NCBI GenBank assembly: GCA_016188915.1
Contig: JACPGU010000001.1
Coordinates: 1 to 32,110, forward strand
Reading direction: 5' to 3'
DNA: 32,110 nucleotides
Origin: Candidatus Microgenomates bacterium
GTDB taxonomy: Bacteria > Patescibacteriota > JACPGU01
Part shown: piece after piece, positions 1 to 9,204 of the stretch
Layout of the letters: each line of letters begins with the position of its first letter
How positions within the stretch are numbered: the first letter of the stretch is position 1
Made by a program: the position numbers and the translations under genes
The notes under the pieces: generated by a model
Seen by the model: only the letters and a program-made list of their open reading frames with translations
What the model was told of the DNA's origin: nothing
The model's database searches: none

Positions 1-994
1 TGTTTCTGCTCAACTAGACACTTATTTGTACAATCTAACTAAAAATGTTAGAACCTACACTCAGTCTGTTGAAGCAGAAAGAGGCGATGAATTGATCTAT
101 CGTGTGACGATCAGAAATACCGGCAATACTACTTTGACCAATACTGGCTTCAAAGTAGAGGTTCCTGCCGGTCTAGAATTCGTTGACGGTTATTCTCGCT
201 TCTATTACGGAGATGGTTTTGAAAACATCGGTTTGTCAGCTAATATTGTGTCTGCCGGTGGAGTCGCTTTGATGGATATTCCTGCTCAACCTTATCGTTA
301 TGTCACTTACAAAGTAAAAGTGTCTAGCAACGCTAGCGCCGGCATCTATGCCACTTCCAATAAGTTTCAAGCAAATAACAGAGCAGTTAATATTTCTGAC
401 AATGGCGGCAGAGTGAATGTGAAAGTAGCGGGTCAGCCTAGCGTCACAAGGATTCTGTCTTTGTCGGCCAAGGCTTTCAATGGCACCAGTTATGCCAATA
501 GTATCTCCGTTAAACGCGGCGATGCTGTCAAATTCCGTGTTGATTTCAAAAACGACGGTTCACAAGATTTGTCCAATATCCGTATTACCAATAGTTTGCC
601 AGCCAACATGACCTATGTAGCCGGCTCTATGAAGGTAGTACTGGGTAGCGCGACTATCTCTACCTCTGATTCTGTTTTCAACGCTGGGATCAATCTTGGT
701 TCCTTGACTGTAGGCCAAAATGGCTATATGGAATTTTCCGCTAAGGTCAATAGTGACACAGCGGACAATGTCACACAATTGGTATATACCGCGACCGGTA
801 ACGCTGATAACACAGCGCAAATCTCTTCTCTGGTGACGATTAATCTTGCCAAAGACGGAGTTTTGCCAGATACCGGTACGCCTGGTAGCATTGCTTCTCT
901 GATCTTGCTGGCGATGTTCATTGCTATTGCTTCTTACATTTATTTTAAAGAAACCAATGGTCTGAACAAAGTCTTGAGCATAATCAAGAAATAA
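1..994 (+). CDS. DUF11-like repeat surface protein with C-terminal LPxTG-like sorting signal (5'-partial)
   Basis: The frame is open from base 2, so the gene starts before the window. Two beta-rich repeats ([14 protein letters not shown]...PAGLEFVDG; [14 protein letters not shown]...[11 protein letters not shown]) are typical of DUF11. The C-terminus is LPDTG + hydrophobic helix + basic tail. Confidence 0.75.
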   Translation, partial: VSAQLDTYLYNLTKNVRTYTQSVEAERGDELIYRVTIRNTGNTTLTNTGFKVEVPAGLEFVDGYSRFYYGDGFENIGLSANIVSAGGVALMDIPAQPYRYVTYKVKVSSNASAGIYATSNKFQANNRAVNISDNGGRVNVKVAGQPSVTRILSLSAKAFNGTSYANSISVKRGDAVKFRVDFKNDGSQDLSNIRITNSLPANMTYVAGSMKVVLGSATISTSDSVFNAGINLGSLTVGQNGYMEFSAKVNSDTADNVTQLVYTATGNADNTAQISSLVTINLAKDGVLPDTGTPGSIASLILLAMFIAIASYIYFKETNGLNKVLSIIKK

Positions 995-1031
995 CAGTCA
1001 AAACGCCTCTCTGCCTTAAAAAGCAGGAGCC

Positions 1032-1059
1032 AAAAAGCCCCGTAAAAACGGGGTTTTTT
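1032..1059 (+). terminator. Intrinsic terminator (possibly bidirectional)
   Basis: AAAAAGCCCCGT-AAAA-ACGGGGTTTTTT hairpin with T tract after the surface-protein gene. Confidence 0.8.
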
Positions 1060-1080
1060 GGTGAAAAAAAATATGACCTA

Positions 1081-1089
1081 TGTTATAAT
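1081..1089 (+). promoter_or_regulatory. Extended -10 promoter of prfB (probably leaderless mRNA)
   Basis: TGtTATAAT ends 6 nt before the ATG at 1096; no Shine-Dalgarno sequence. Confidence 0.55.
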
Positions 1090-1095
1090 GGTTTT

Positions 1096-2196
1096 ATGGC
1101 TAAAGAACTTTTGACTTTGGATCAGCTCAAAATTGAAACGGACAAAAACATTGAAACCCTCAAAAATAGAGGGGTTTTTGAGCAGATTGAAAAATTAGAA
1201 AAAAAATCTAGAGAGCCTGATTTTTGGCAAGATTCTAAAACTGCCGGAAGTTTAATGCAAAAATTGGGAGATTTGCAGAAAGAAGTAAGGGAGTGGCAAG
1301 AATTACAAGAAAATATAAAATCAACCACCGCCTCTGGCGGGGTCCCGCCAACAGTAGATTCGAATAGGGGAGACGGGAGAAATCAAGAAAACAAGGAATT
1401 AAGATTACACGAATTGAATAAAATTTTTACCCAATTGGAGGCCAAGATGTATCTGGCAGGAAAATACGACACGGGCAATGCCGTTTTGTCAATCCACGCC
1501 GGAACGGGAGGGGTGGACGCAATGGATTGGGCTGAAATGCTACTTCGCATGTATTCGCGTTATGCCGAAAGGCAGGGTTGGCGGACAGAGGTTTTGCACT
1601 TATCAGCAGGGGAGGAGGCGGGCATCAAAAGTGCTTCGGTGGAAATCTTCGGGCGTTATGTTTATGGATTTTTGAAGCAAGAGCAGGGGACGCATCGGTT
1701 GGTGCGCAAATCTCCCTTTAATGCCAAAGGCTCTCGCGAGACCTCTTTCGCCTTGGTTGAAGTGACGCCGGTGGTTGAAGAAATGGGAGAGATTATCATT
1801 GATGAAAAAGATTTGAGAGTGGACACATTTCATGCTTCCGGCAAGGGTGGACAAAAAGTCAATGTGACGGATTCGGCAGTGAGGATTACTCATCTGCCGA
1901 CAGGAATAGTTGCCTCTTGCCAGTCAGAAAGATCGCAACATCAAAACAAAGAACACGCGATGAAGGTTTTGCGATCAAGGCTTATTTTGCTTGAAGAAAC
2001 CAAATCCGAAGCCGATCTGAAAAAAGAAAAAGGAGAATTGGGTCTAGCAACTTGGGGTTCGCAAATTCGTTCGTATGTATTGCAGCCCTATCAGATGGTC
2101 AAAGACCACCGCACGAATTTTGAAACTTCTGATGTGGAGGAGGTGTTAGATGGCGGGATAGAAGAATTCATTGACGAAAGCGTCAAAAAGGCCTAA
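1096..2196 (+). CDS. prfB: Peptide chain release factor 2
   Basis: SPF stop-codon recognition motif (LVRKSPFN), GGQ motif (GKGGQKVN) and WGSQIRSYV. Continuous frame with no internal frameshift. Confidence 0.97.
   Translation: MAKELLTLDQLKIETDKNIETLKNRGVFEQIEKLEKKSREPDFWQDSKTAGSLMQKLGDLQKEVREWQELQENIKSTTASGGVPPTVDSNRGDGRNQENKELRLHELNKIFTQLEAKMYLAGKYDTGNAVLSIHAGTGGVDAMDWAEMLLRMYSRYAERQGWRTEVLHLSAGEEAGIKSASVEIFGRYVYGFLKQEQGTHRLVRKSPFNAKGSRETSFALVEVTPVVEEMGEIIIDEKDLRVDTFHASGKGGQKVNVTDSAVRITHLPTGIVASCQSERSQHQNKEHAMKVLRSRLILLEETKSEADLKKEKGELGLATWGSQIRSYVLQPYQMVKDHRTNFETSDVEEVLDGGIEEFIDESVKKA
1324..1378 (+). repeat. 55-bp palindromic REP-like element inserted in frame in prfB
   Basis: ACCACCGCC...GGCGGGGTCCCGCC...GACGGGA. 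The first 28 nt match the reverse complement of 3024-3078 at 24/28 positions. Confidence 0.75.
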
Positions 2197-2313
2197 ACCG
2201 CTTGCTAAAACTTATCCACTTGCCATTTGGAGCTATTTACAATATGGTATTATGGTATGGGTAGAAAAAATCATTCCAGTAATTTGTCTTAATTCGAACA
2301 ATTCGCGCTTCCA

Positions 2314-2994
2314 ATGATTTCTATTGAAAAAGTTTCCAAAACTTATCCACCGAAAATTGTCGCGCTAGATGATGTGGACCTGACGATAGAGTCAGGCGAT
2401 TTTCTTTCTTTGGTTGGGCCTTCAGGGGCGGGTAAATCTACTTTGATCAAATTGTTAATCGCGCAAGAAAAACCTAGCCGTGGCCGGATTATGATTGGCG
2501 GCAAAGACATCACCAAATTGCGTGGCGGACAAGTACCTTTTTATCGCCGCAAAATAGGCGTTGTCTGGCAAGACTTCAAATTGCTCAACAACAAAACAGT
2601 TTTTGAAAATGTGGCCTACGCCTTGGAGGTGGTGGAAAAATCAGTGGCAGAAATTATGGCCAAAGTGCCGCAGATTTTGCGTCTAGTAGGCCTGGAAGGC
2701 AAAGAACACCGTTTTCCTCACGAATTGTCCGGCGGAGAGATTCAGAGAACAGCTATTGCTCGCGCCTTAGTCCATGAGCCATACCTTTTGATAGCCGATG
2801 AACCGACCGGCAATCTCGATCCAGTTAATACCGAGGAAGTTATTCAGCTTTTGCAAAAAATAAACAAAATGGGCACAACCGTGCTTTTGGCTACTCATAA
2901 TAAAGACGTAGTGGATAATTTGAAAAAAAGAGTGGTGGTTTTGGAGAACGGACGTGTCGTTTCCGATAGAAAAATAGGACGCTATTCGCTTTGA
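2314..2994 (+). CDS. ftsE: Cell division ABC ATPase FtsE
   Basis: Walker A GPSGAGKST, signature LSGGE, Walker B LIADEPTGNLD; directly upstream of ftsX. Confidence 0.95.
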   Translation: MISIEKVSKTYPPKIVALDDVDLTIESGDFLSLVGPSGAGKSTLIKLLIAQEKPSRGRIMIGGKDITKLRGGQVPFYRRKIGVVWQDFKLLNNKTVFENVAYALEVVEKSVAEIMAKVPQILRLVGLEGKEHRFPHELSGGEIQRTAIARALVHEPYLLIADEPTGNLDPVNTEEVIQLLQKINKMGTTVLLATHNKDVVDNLKKRVVVLENGRVVSDRKIGRYSL

Positions 2995-3023
2995 AAATCC
3001 CTTTGTCCTTAAATTCTAAATCT

Positions 3024-3078
3024 TCCCGCCACCTATTTTTTACTAAATAGTAGGCGGGACCCCGTCGAAGGCGGTGGT
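3024..3078 (-). repeat. 55-bp palindromic REP-like element (same family as the copy in prfB)
   Basis: TCCCGCC...GGCGGGA hairpin followed by CCCCGTCGAAGGCGGTGGT; inverted relative to 1324-1378. Confidence 0.75.
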
Positions 3079-3091
3079 AAATCCTGAGGGT

Positions 3092-3997
3092 ATGCTTTCT
3101 TACAGAATCTTCAAAAATGCTATCATCGGACTCTGGCGCAACAAATGGCTCACTGTCGCCACAGTTATTGTGATGACCTTGGCTTTGTTCACGGTGGGAC
3201 TTTTTATCATCATTAATATTTTAGTCAATTCCACGGTGGATACGGTCAAATCACGCATTGACCTGGAGGTCTATTTCAAAAAAGAGGTAACAGCCGATAC
3301 TATCATGGCAGCGCAGGATGATTTGAAAAAATTGTCAGTAGTCAAAAATACTCGCTACATTTCGCCGGAAGAAGCGCTCAATATTTTTCGTGAACAGAAC
3401 AAAAATGATCCGGGGTTACTTTCCGCTATTTCCGAAGAAGAAAACCCACTTCCCGCCAGTCTAAAAATTGATCTTTATCGGGCCGAAGACCTGGACCAAT
3501 TGAGTAAATTGTTCCACGAAGGAAAATATGATGAGATTACCGATAGCACGAGCTATGAAAACAATAAATTAATTGTTCAAAAATTAATCAATATCGGCAA
3601 TTACGTCAAAAAAGGGGGAGTGGCGCTGTCTCTGATATTCCTTTTAACGACCCTTATCGTGGTTTTCAATACCATCAGAATCAATCTTTACACCAGGAAA
3701 GAGGAAATAGAGATTATGCGCCTGGTGGGAGCGACTAATTGGTATATCCGCTGGCCTTTTATTTTGGAAGGTTCTTTTTATGGGCTGATTTCTGTCCTGC
3801 TTTCTTCGCTGGTTCTTTTTGTGGGTTTGAAATTGACTGCACCCTATTTAGAATCTTACTTGCAGGAATTTAGCGCCAATTTTTTCAACTACATTACTCT
3901 TTATAGCCTACAGATAATTGGTTTGCAGATTGTTATCAGTATCGCTATCGGCATTATCAGCTCAACTCTAGCAATCAGGAGATATTTGAAAGTATAG
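3092..3997 (+). CDS. ftsX: Cell division permease FtsX
   Basis: Four TM helices and the motif NTIRINLYTRKEEIEIMRLVGATNWYIRWPF. ATG at 3092 (GAGGG upstream) is preferred to the GTG at 3074, which lies inside the repeat element. Confidence 0.93.
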   Translation: MLSYRIFKNAIIGLWRNKWLTVATVIVMTLALFTVGLFIIINILVNSTVDTVKSRIDLEVYFKKEVTADTIMAAQDDLKKLSVVKNTRYISPEEALNIFREQNKNDPGLLSAISEEENPLPASLKIDLYRAEDLDQLSKLFHEGKYDEITDSTSYENNKLIVQKLINIGNYVKKGGVALSLIFLLTTLIVVFNTIRINLYTRKEEIEIMRLVGATNWYIRWPFILEGSFYGLISVLLSSLVLFVGLKLTAPYLESYLQEFSANFFNYITLYSLQIIGLQIVISIAIGIISSTLAIRRYLKV

Positions 3998-4048
3998 AAA
4001 TAGGCGATAATCATTATCATTCTGTGAAAAAGTGAACTATTGATGGGC

Positions 4049-4057
4049 TGTGGATAA
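4049..4057 (-). promoter_or_regulatory. Consensus DnaA box (TTATCCACA)
   Basis: TGTGGATAA on the + strand in the ftsX-M23 intergenic region. Confidence 0.5.
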
Positions 4058-4249
4058 CTATAAAACCTATATTAGACAATACGCTAGAAAAATGAAAAAA
4101 AGCTATTTTGGCGAAATTTGACAAAGGGGGCGAGGAGCCCTTTTTGCGTATAGGTAAAAAATAGCTATTTTTAGCCCCAAAGACGATGTTTTTGTCAAAC
4201 TACCTGTCTAGATAAAAATACGCAAAAGATAGTTATTTAAGCTAAAACA

Positions 4250-4278
4250 TTGACTTTTTGCTTTTTTTGTGATATATT
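4250..4278 (+). promoter_or_regulatory. sigma70-type promoter of the M23 peptidase gene
   Basis: TTGACT-17 bp-TATATT with an extended TGn motif. Confidence 0.7.
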
Positions 4279-4374
4279 TAGGTGGTTTGCTAATGAAGAA
4301 ATACGAGCAAACGAAAGAAGGAGGGTTCTTTCGTCCAGGCAAGCCACTTTACAAAAAAAGTAACCCGCTTCTTA

Positions 4375-5646
4375 ATGAAAGCTAAAAACACAAACAAATT
4401 AATGCTAATGGAAAAAGCCAAGATCTTTCTGGGGATTGCCCTGATGGTTTTGGTTCTTTTTAGTTCTAGCGGGGGAGTACTGGCTGGCGAGCTAGATGAT
4501 CAAATCATAGCCAAGAAAAAGCAAGCCGATCAGGTTAACCAACAAATCAAAAACCTGCAAAATTCTTTGGCCCAAAAACAAAAAGAGATCAAATCTTTGG
4601 GTGATCAATTGAATGTTATTGACTCCCGCATTGAGCTGATTCAATTACAATTGCAGGCCAATCAGAGAGATATAGAGCAGACCTCAGCCGATATTGCTCG
4701 TACTGAAAATGAAATCAAAGACAAAGAGGAAGAGATTGCCCGTCAGAAAGAGACTATGGAAAGGGTTATCCGTAAAATCTATATGGATAAAGGCGTTAAC
4801 GCTGTCTCTATCATAGTAGAGTCGCAGAGCTTTTCAGAGCTGGTAGAAAAAACAGAGTATCTGGCTCGTATTCGCGCCAAGCTGAAAGATACGGTTGATC
4901 GCTTGAAGGTTTTGAAGGCCGAGTTGGAAACCAAAAAAGAACAGTTGGACGAAAAAATGAAAGGTTTGGAAACTTTGCGCCACGACAATCAATTAGAAGA
5001 GAGCGCTCTAGAAGACCAAAAATATACCAAGGCCAAGATAGTAGAGATGACGCGTGGTCAGGAATCAGAATTCAAATCTCGTTTGAGCGCTGCTCAGGCG
5101 GAAGAGGCCGCGGCCAATAGAGAAATAGTTCGTCTGGTCCAAGAGCAAGCTCGTCGTAACCGTGCTTCAGGCGTAGAGGGTCGTCCTGGTCGCGATCAGG
5201 TAGTCAATACAGGCGGTTTTGGTTACCCTTTGGCTGGGCCTAATCGCATCTCTATTACGGGTGGTGACTTTATGGACGCGTCTTACGGTCTAGGTTTTCC
5301 CCATACTGGTATTGACTTGGCTGCTTCTCAAGGCACGACTATCTATGCGGCCGGTTCTGGTGCGGTAATCGTGGCTCACGATAGTGGTAACGCTGGCTTG
5401 TCCTATATCGCTATTGATCACGGTAATGGCTTGATTACCAAATATCTGCACGTTTCGGCTATCTTTGTCCAAGCTGGAGACATAGTCAATATCGGGGATC
5501 CGATAGGTCAATCTGGCGGTTCTCCTGGTACTCGCGGAGCTGGTATTTTTACTACCGGGGCTCACTTGCACTTTGAGATTAATGACTATCAGGGTCGTGC
5601 TGTTAACCCACACAATTACCTGTCTTTCTTGCCACCATTATTTTAG
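4375..5646 (+). CDS. Coiled-coil M23-family peptidoglycan endopeptidase (EnvC/PcsB-like architecture; probable FtsEX partner)
   Basis: Signal peptide, long coiled coil, and C-terminal M23 domain with HTGID (HxxxD) and HLH (HxH) zinc ligands; follows ftsEX. Confidence 0.9.
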   Translation: MKAKNTNKLMLMEKAKIFLGIALMVLVLFSSSGGVLAGELDDQIIAKKKQADQVNQQIKNLQNSLAQKQKEIKSLGDQLNVIDSRIELIQLQLQANQRDIEQTSADIARTENEIKDKEEEIARQKETMERVIRKIYMDKGVNAVSIIVESQSFSELVEKTEYLARIRAKLKDTVDRLKVLKAELETKKEQLDEKMKGLETLRHDNQLEESALEDQKYTKAKIVEMTRGQESEFKSRLSAAQAEEAAANREIVRLVQEQARRNRASGVEGRPGRDQVVNTGGFGYPLAGPNRISITGGDFMDASYGLGFPHTGIDLAASQGTTIYAAGSGAVIVAHDSGNAGLSYIAIDHGNGLITKYLHVSAIFVQAGDIVNIGDPIGQSGGSPGTRGAGIFTTGAHLHFEINDYQGRAVNPHNYLSFLPPLF

Positions 5647-5675
5647 AGGCACGAATTACACTAATAGAAAAACTT

Positions 5676-5710
5676 AAAATATCGGTCTGAATACTCGGAC
5701 CGATATTTTT
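5676..5710 (+). terminator. Intrinsic terminator
   Basis: AAAATATCGGTCTGA-ATAC-TCGGACCGATATTTTT hairpin after the M23 gene. Confidence 0.75.
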
Positions 5711-5764
5711 ATGCAGAAATAGGGCATCTGGATATCTGTGACCATAAATAAGAGTCGGCTTCCT

Positions 5765-5797
5765 GCTACTTGCGAAGGTGTCACCTTCGCAAGTAGC
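5765..5797. repeat. Perfect palindrome, REP-like
   Basis: GCTACTTGCGAAGGTG-T-CACCTTCGCAAGTAGC: 16-bp perfect arms around a 1-nt centre. Confidence 0.7.
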
Positions 5798-5837
5798 GGG
5801 AAATAAGTGCTTCCATATCTTTTAGGCTTTCGCTACA

Positions 5838-7070
5838 ATGAGAAAGCGTATGGCAAAAATAGATGAAGAGAAAAAACCAAAAAGTTTTCTACTAGAGAAA
5901 AGACCAAAAGGTCTGTTGCTTTTTGTGTTGGGTTTTTTTATATTTTCTTTGGGCTATTGGACGCATTTCGGTATTTCTTTGGCTATTCAAAAAAGTCTAG
6001 TAAACGCTCCAACTCCCGAGCGCTTCAAAGATATCGATTTTTCTTCTTTTTGGGACGCTTTGGAGAAAGTGCAAATGTCCTATGTCGGCGAGATTGATTA
6101 TAAAAAATTAGTGGAAGGAGCTATCGGTGGCATGGTGGGGAGTCTGGGAGACCCTTTTTCCGCCTATATCGGGCTGGAAGATGTAAATGCTTTCAATAAT
6201 GAACTCAATGGAACATTTGAAGGGATAGGAGCCGAGATTGGCTTAAAAGAAGGGCAATTAGCCATCATAGCGCCTCTGGAAGGCTCTCCGGCGGAAAGAG
6301 CGGGGATAAAGACGGGCGATATTGTCCAGGCTATTGACGATTACCCGGCGCAATATTTGTCTATTGATAAGGCAGTAGAAATGATTAGGGGGGAGAGGGG
6401 GACAAAGGTTAGGCTCACTATTTCGCGCGCTAGTGAGATATTGGAAATTAGCGTTTGGAGAGAAACAATTAATGTCAAAAGCTTGACCTACAAGAATCAG
6501 GGCAATGGTATCGGCTATGTCAAAATCACTCGTTTTGATGAAAAAACAGCCAATCTTTTGACGGCATCCGTTGACAAAATCAGAGAGGATAATATCGGCG
6601 GGCTAATAATTGATTTGCGCAATAATCCTGGTGGCTATTTGACGACAGCCGTAGAGGCAGCTTCGCAATTCATTAGAGATGGGGTGATAGTGACAGAAGA
6701 ATCCAAGACGGGGGAGAAGCAGGAGCTGAAAGCTTCTGGTCGCGGACTTTTGCTAGAGATGCCAATAGTTGTCTTGGTTAATGAGGGGAGCGCTTCGGCT
6801 TCGGAAATAGTGGCAGGAGCGATCAAAGACCACAAGCGAGGGATAATAATAGGTACCCAGACTTTTGGAAAGGGGACGGTACAGGAATTAAGGCCTTTGC
6901 TCTATGGGGGCGCTTTAAAAATAACAGTAGCCAAATGGTTGACGCCCAATGGGCTGGTGATAGACGGGAATGGACTTTCTCCTGATATTGAGGTAAAATG
7001 GGACGGGACTGGCGAAGATGCCCAGTTAAAAAAGGCGGCAGAAGAGATTGATAAGAAAATAAGAAATTAA
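5838..7070 (+). CDS. ctpA: S41-family C-terminal processing peptidase (PDZ + protease)
   Basis: N-terminal TM, PDZ GIGA, DLRNNPGG, SASASE catalytic serine, TFGKGTVQ. The true start may be the ATG at 5850. Confidence 0.9.
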   Translation: MRKRMAKIDEEKKPKSFLLEKRPKGLLLFVLGFFIFSLGYWTHFGISLAIQKSLVNAPTPERFKDIDFSSFWDALEKVQMSYVGEIDYKKLVEGAIGGMVGSLGDPFSAYIGLEDVNAFNNELNGTFEGIGAEIGLKEGQLAIIAPLEGSPAERAGIKTGDIVQAIDDYPAQYLSIDKAVEMIRGERGTKVRLTISRASEILEISVWRETINVKSLTYKNQGNGIGYVKITRFDEKTANLLTASVDKIREDNIGGLIIDLRNNPGGYLTTAVEAASQFIRDGVIVTEESKTGEKQELKASGRGLLLEMPIVVLVNEGSASASEIVAGAIKDHKRGIIIGTQTFGKGTVQELRPLLYGGALKITVAKWLTPNGLVIDGNGLSPDIEVKWDGTGEDAQLKKAAEEIDKKIRN

Positions 7071-7160
7071 AAAAATAAGAAAATAAATGGATGCTTTTTG
7101 CTCAAGTATCCTTTACTTTTTTACTTTTTTACTTTTTTAATTTTTTAATTTTTTAATCCT

Positions 7161-7688
7161 ATGGAAATTGTCTTACTAAAAACTATCAAAACGCTAGGGC
7201 GCTCAGGCGAAGTAAAAGAAGTAAAGAAAGGTTATGCCTTAAATTTTTTGATTCCTTACGGCTGGGCGTTGCCAGCAACGAAAGGGTTTGTCAAGGAAGC
7301 GCAAAATCGTACTAAAAAAATAATCAAAGAAACGGCGGGATTGGATGTGGAGGCCTTAAAGACTATTTTTGCGGCTATCTCCGGCGTCAAATTGACGATT
7401 ATCGCCAAGGCCAAAAATGGCAAATTGTTCGGTTCAATAAAAAAATCCGACATTGCCGAAGCTATTGCCGACAAAACCCGAGAAAATATTGACGAAAAAT
7501 TGATTGTTCTGGAAGAGCCGATCAAAAAAACAGGCGATTACGAAATAACGCTAGCAATGCAGGATTTGTCTGCCCATGTTTTGCTAACGGTTAAAGAAGA
7601 AGAATCCGTCAAAAAACCAGTTAAAAAAGTATTGAAGAAAACGCCGATGAAGAAAACACAGGCAAAGGCGAAGAAATCAAAAAAATAA
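7161..7688 (+). CDS. rplI: 50S ribosomal protein L9 with lysine-rich tail
   Basis: LGRSGEVKEVKKGYALNFLIP and GKLFGSI motifs. Confidence 0.95.
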   Translation: MEIVLLKTIKTLGRSGEVKEVKKGYALNFLIPYGWALPATKGFVKEAQNRTKKIIKETAGLDVEALKTIFAAISGVKLTIIAKAKNGKLFGSIKKSDIAEAIADKTRENIDEKLIVLEEPIKKTGDYEITLAMQDLSAHVLLTVKEEESVKKPVKKVLKKTPMKKTQAKAKKSKK

Positions 7689-7752
7689 AAAATTAAGAAA
7701 TTATTGGGACTAATTCGGATAGAAATTCGGATTTTCCAACGAGGGAGGAACC

Positions 7753-8055
7753 ATGTTTGACAAAATAAAGGACCTTTATCATTTAAAAAAACAAGCTTCT
7801 GCTTTGCAGAAAGAGCTGTCTGAAACTATTATCGAAGTGACCTCTCCGGATGATTTGATAAAAGTAGAAATGTCTTGTGACCAAAAAGTGAAATCTATTC
7901 ATATTGACGCTAGTTATCTGGATCCTTCTCGCCAAGAAAATTTGGAGTTGCAATTAAAAAATGTTTTGGCTTCGGCGCTTTCTCAGTCCCAGCAAGTAGC
8001 AGCGAATAAAATGAAAGAAATGGGAGGGCTGGAAGGACTAATGGGGGGAATGTAA
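7753..8055 (+). CDS. ybaB: YbaB/EbfC nucleoid-associated protein
   Basis: 100 aa; QASALQKELSE...IKVEMSCDQKVKSIHID...A fits the YbaB pattern; strong SD (GGAGG). Confidence 0.8.
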   Translation: MFDKIKDLYHLKKQASALQKELSETIIEVTSPDDLIKVEMSCDQKVKSIHIDASYLDPSRQENLELQLKNVLASALSQSQQVAANKMKEMGGLEGLMGGM

Positions 8056-8057
8056 TA

Positions 8058-8224
8058 ATCGCAAATTGCAGATTTCAGATTGAAAAATTATAAATCTACA
8101 AGCATAAATATATAATGAAGCTGATCGTTGGCCTCGGCAATCCGGGCAAAGAATATGAAAAAACCCGCCATAATGCGGGATTTATTGCAATTGCAGATTT
8201 CAGATCGCAGATCGCAGATTGCGA
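8058..8224 (+). repeat. Heptamer tandem repeats (ATTGCAG/ATTTCAG/ATCGCAG) upstream of and inside pth
   Basis: Four units at 8058-8085 and five units at 8190-8224 (encoding IADFRSQIADC). Confidence 0.75.
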
Positions 8225-8639
8225 GGAGTTTTCTTTTGAAGGTAAATTTAACGCAGAGATAGCGCAGGGGATCTTTGATGGCGAAAAAATCATATTGGCA
8301 AAACCCATGACTTTTATGAATAATTCCGGCGAGGCGGTGAAAAAAATTGCTGATTTTTATAAGATTGCGCCGGAGGATATCACCGTTATCCATGATGATT
8401 TGGACATTCCTTTTGGCGAAGTAAGGGTGAAAAATGATGGCTCTTCCGCTGGGCACAATGGCGTGCAGTCTATTATTGACAATTTGGGCACAGAGGTCTT
8501 CCGGCGCGTCAGAATAGGCATAGGAAGGCCAATGGGAGACATTCCTGCCGATAAATATGTCTTGCAATCCTTCAGTGAGGAAGAACAGGCCAAACTGCCG
8601 GAGATATTAGAAAAAATTGGGAAGATAATCAGTAATTAG
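8115..8639 (+). CDS. pth: Peptidyl-tRNA hydrolase
   Basis: LIVGLGNPG, TRHNAGF, KPMTFMNNSG, HDDLD and GHNG motifs. Confidence 0.97.
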   Translation: MKLIVGLGNPGKEYEKTRHNAGFIAIADFRSQIADCEEFSFEGKFNAEIAQGIFDGEKIILAKPMTFMNNSGEAVKKIADFYKIAPEDITVIHDDLDIPFGEVRVKNDGSSAGHNGVQSIIDNLGTEVFRRVRIGIGRPMGDIPADKYVLQSFSEEEQAKLPEILEKIGKIISN

Positions 8640-8756
8640 CATTACGAATATCATATTTTCGTAAAAAGGAATAGCCGCACAAAGATGATGTGCGGTAAAA
8701 GCAGTGCCAATCCCAAATCTATTCATAATAATTAGCTCAAATTGGATTAATTCGCG

Positions 8757-8799
8757 ACAAACAAAAAGCCCTCTGGCTGATAAGATCTGCCAAAGGGCT
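8757..8799 (-). terminator. Intrinsic terminator ending the minus-strand ncRNA
   Basis: Minus strand AGCCCTTTGGC-loop-GCCAGAGGGCT-TTTTGTTTGT; the stem wobble is G-U on the minus strand. Confidence 0.75.
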
Positions 8800-9198
8800 A
8801 GGGGACAGGAGGGTGATGAACCACCGACCTGTATGGATGATCTGGCCGGATCCTCTGGGTGAAGAGCTTTCATCTGTATCTCTTAATTAACCTTGCGGTT
8901 AAAAAACAGGCAGGGAGATAAAAGCTTTTCATCCAGACGATCTGGCCAAAAGTCTCCTCGCTAGACTGCTCCCAAGATCTGTCTAGGCGACATTTATCCC
9001 TGTCTCAAAAAATAGAATTTTAGGCAGGTTTTGTGGGTGCCTAACGAAGAGGGTACTACCTGCGAGTGAAACCTTAAAGGAGGGCTAAAAGGTTGTCGCA
9101 TTACCGATTGCTCGGCAATGTCGCAAGTAGTACTATCTTCATTAGGCAAATCTTGGAGAAGAAGCGATGAAAAAACTAAATTTTTAATGTTTGTTTAT
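8760..9198 (-). ncRNA. Unassigned ~440-nt structured non-coding RNA
   Basis: Lies between a near-consensus promoter (9205-9233) and a terminator (8757-8799). Two 28-bp stems (9038-9065/9121-9148 and 8843-8870/8921-8948), two GCAA tetraloops on the minus strand, further hairpins, and no credible ORF. Confidence 0.7.
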
Positions 9199-9204
9199 GA
9201 TTAG

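Noticed and set aside
1096-1200. Programmed +1 frameshift in prfB
   Set aside because: No in-frame CTT-TGA; the reading frame is continuous, which is common in many lineages.
4000-4250. Replication origin
   Set aside because: Only isolated DnaA boxes (2212 imperfect, 4049, 9355), no cluster, and no dnaA or dnaN in the window.
7753-8055. ybaB separated from recR
   Set aside because: Operon breakage is ordinary in rearranged small genomes and shows no further signal.
8607-8873. 88-aa minus-strand ORF
   Set aside because: Starts inside a long stem, crosses the terminator and overlaps pth; probably spurious.
8760-9198. Identification as RNase P RNA, tmRNA, SRP RNA or 6S RNA
   Set aside because: No GAGGAAAGUCC, no tRNA-like acceptor/T-arm ends, and no SRP GGAA/AGCAG domain seen. 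GGCACCCAC (minus strand, ~9033-9041) recalls Firmicute 6S RNA, but the pairing partner and length do not fit. Needs an Rfam scan to exclude formally.
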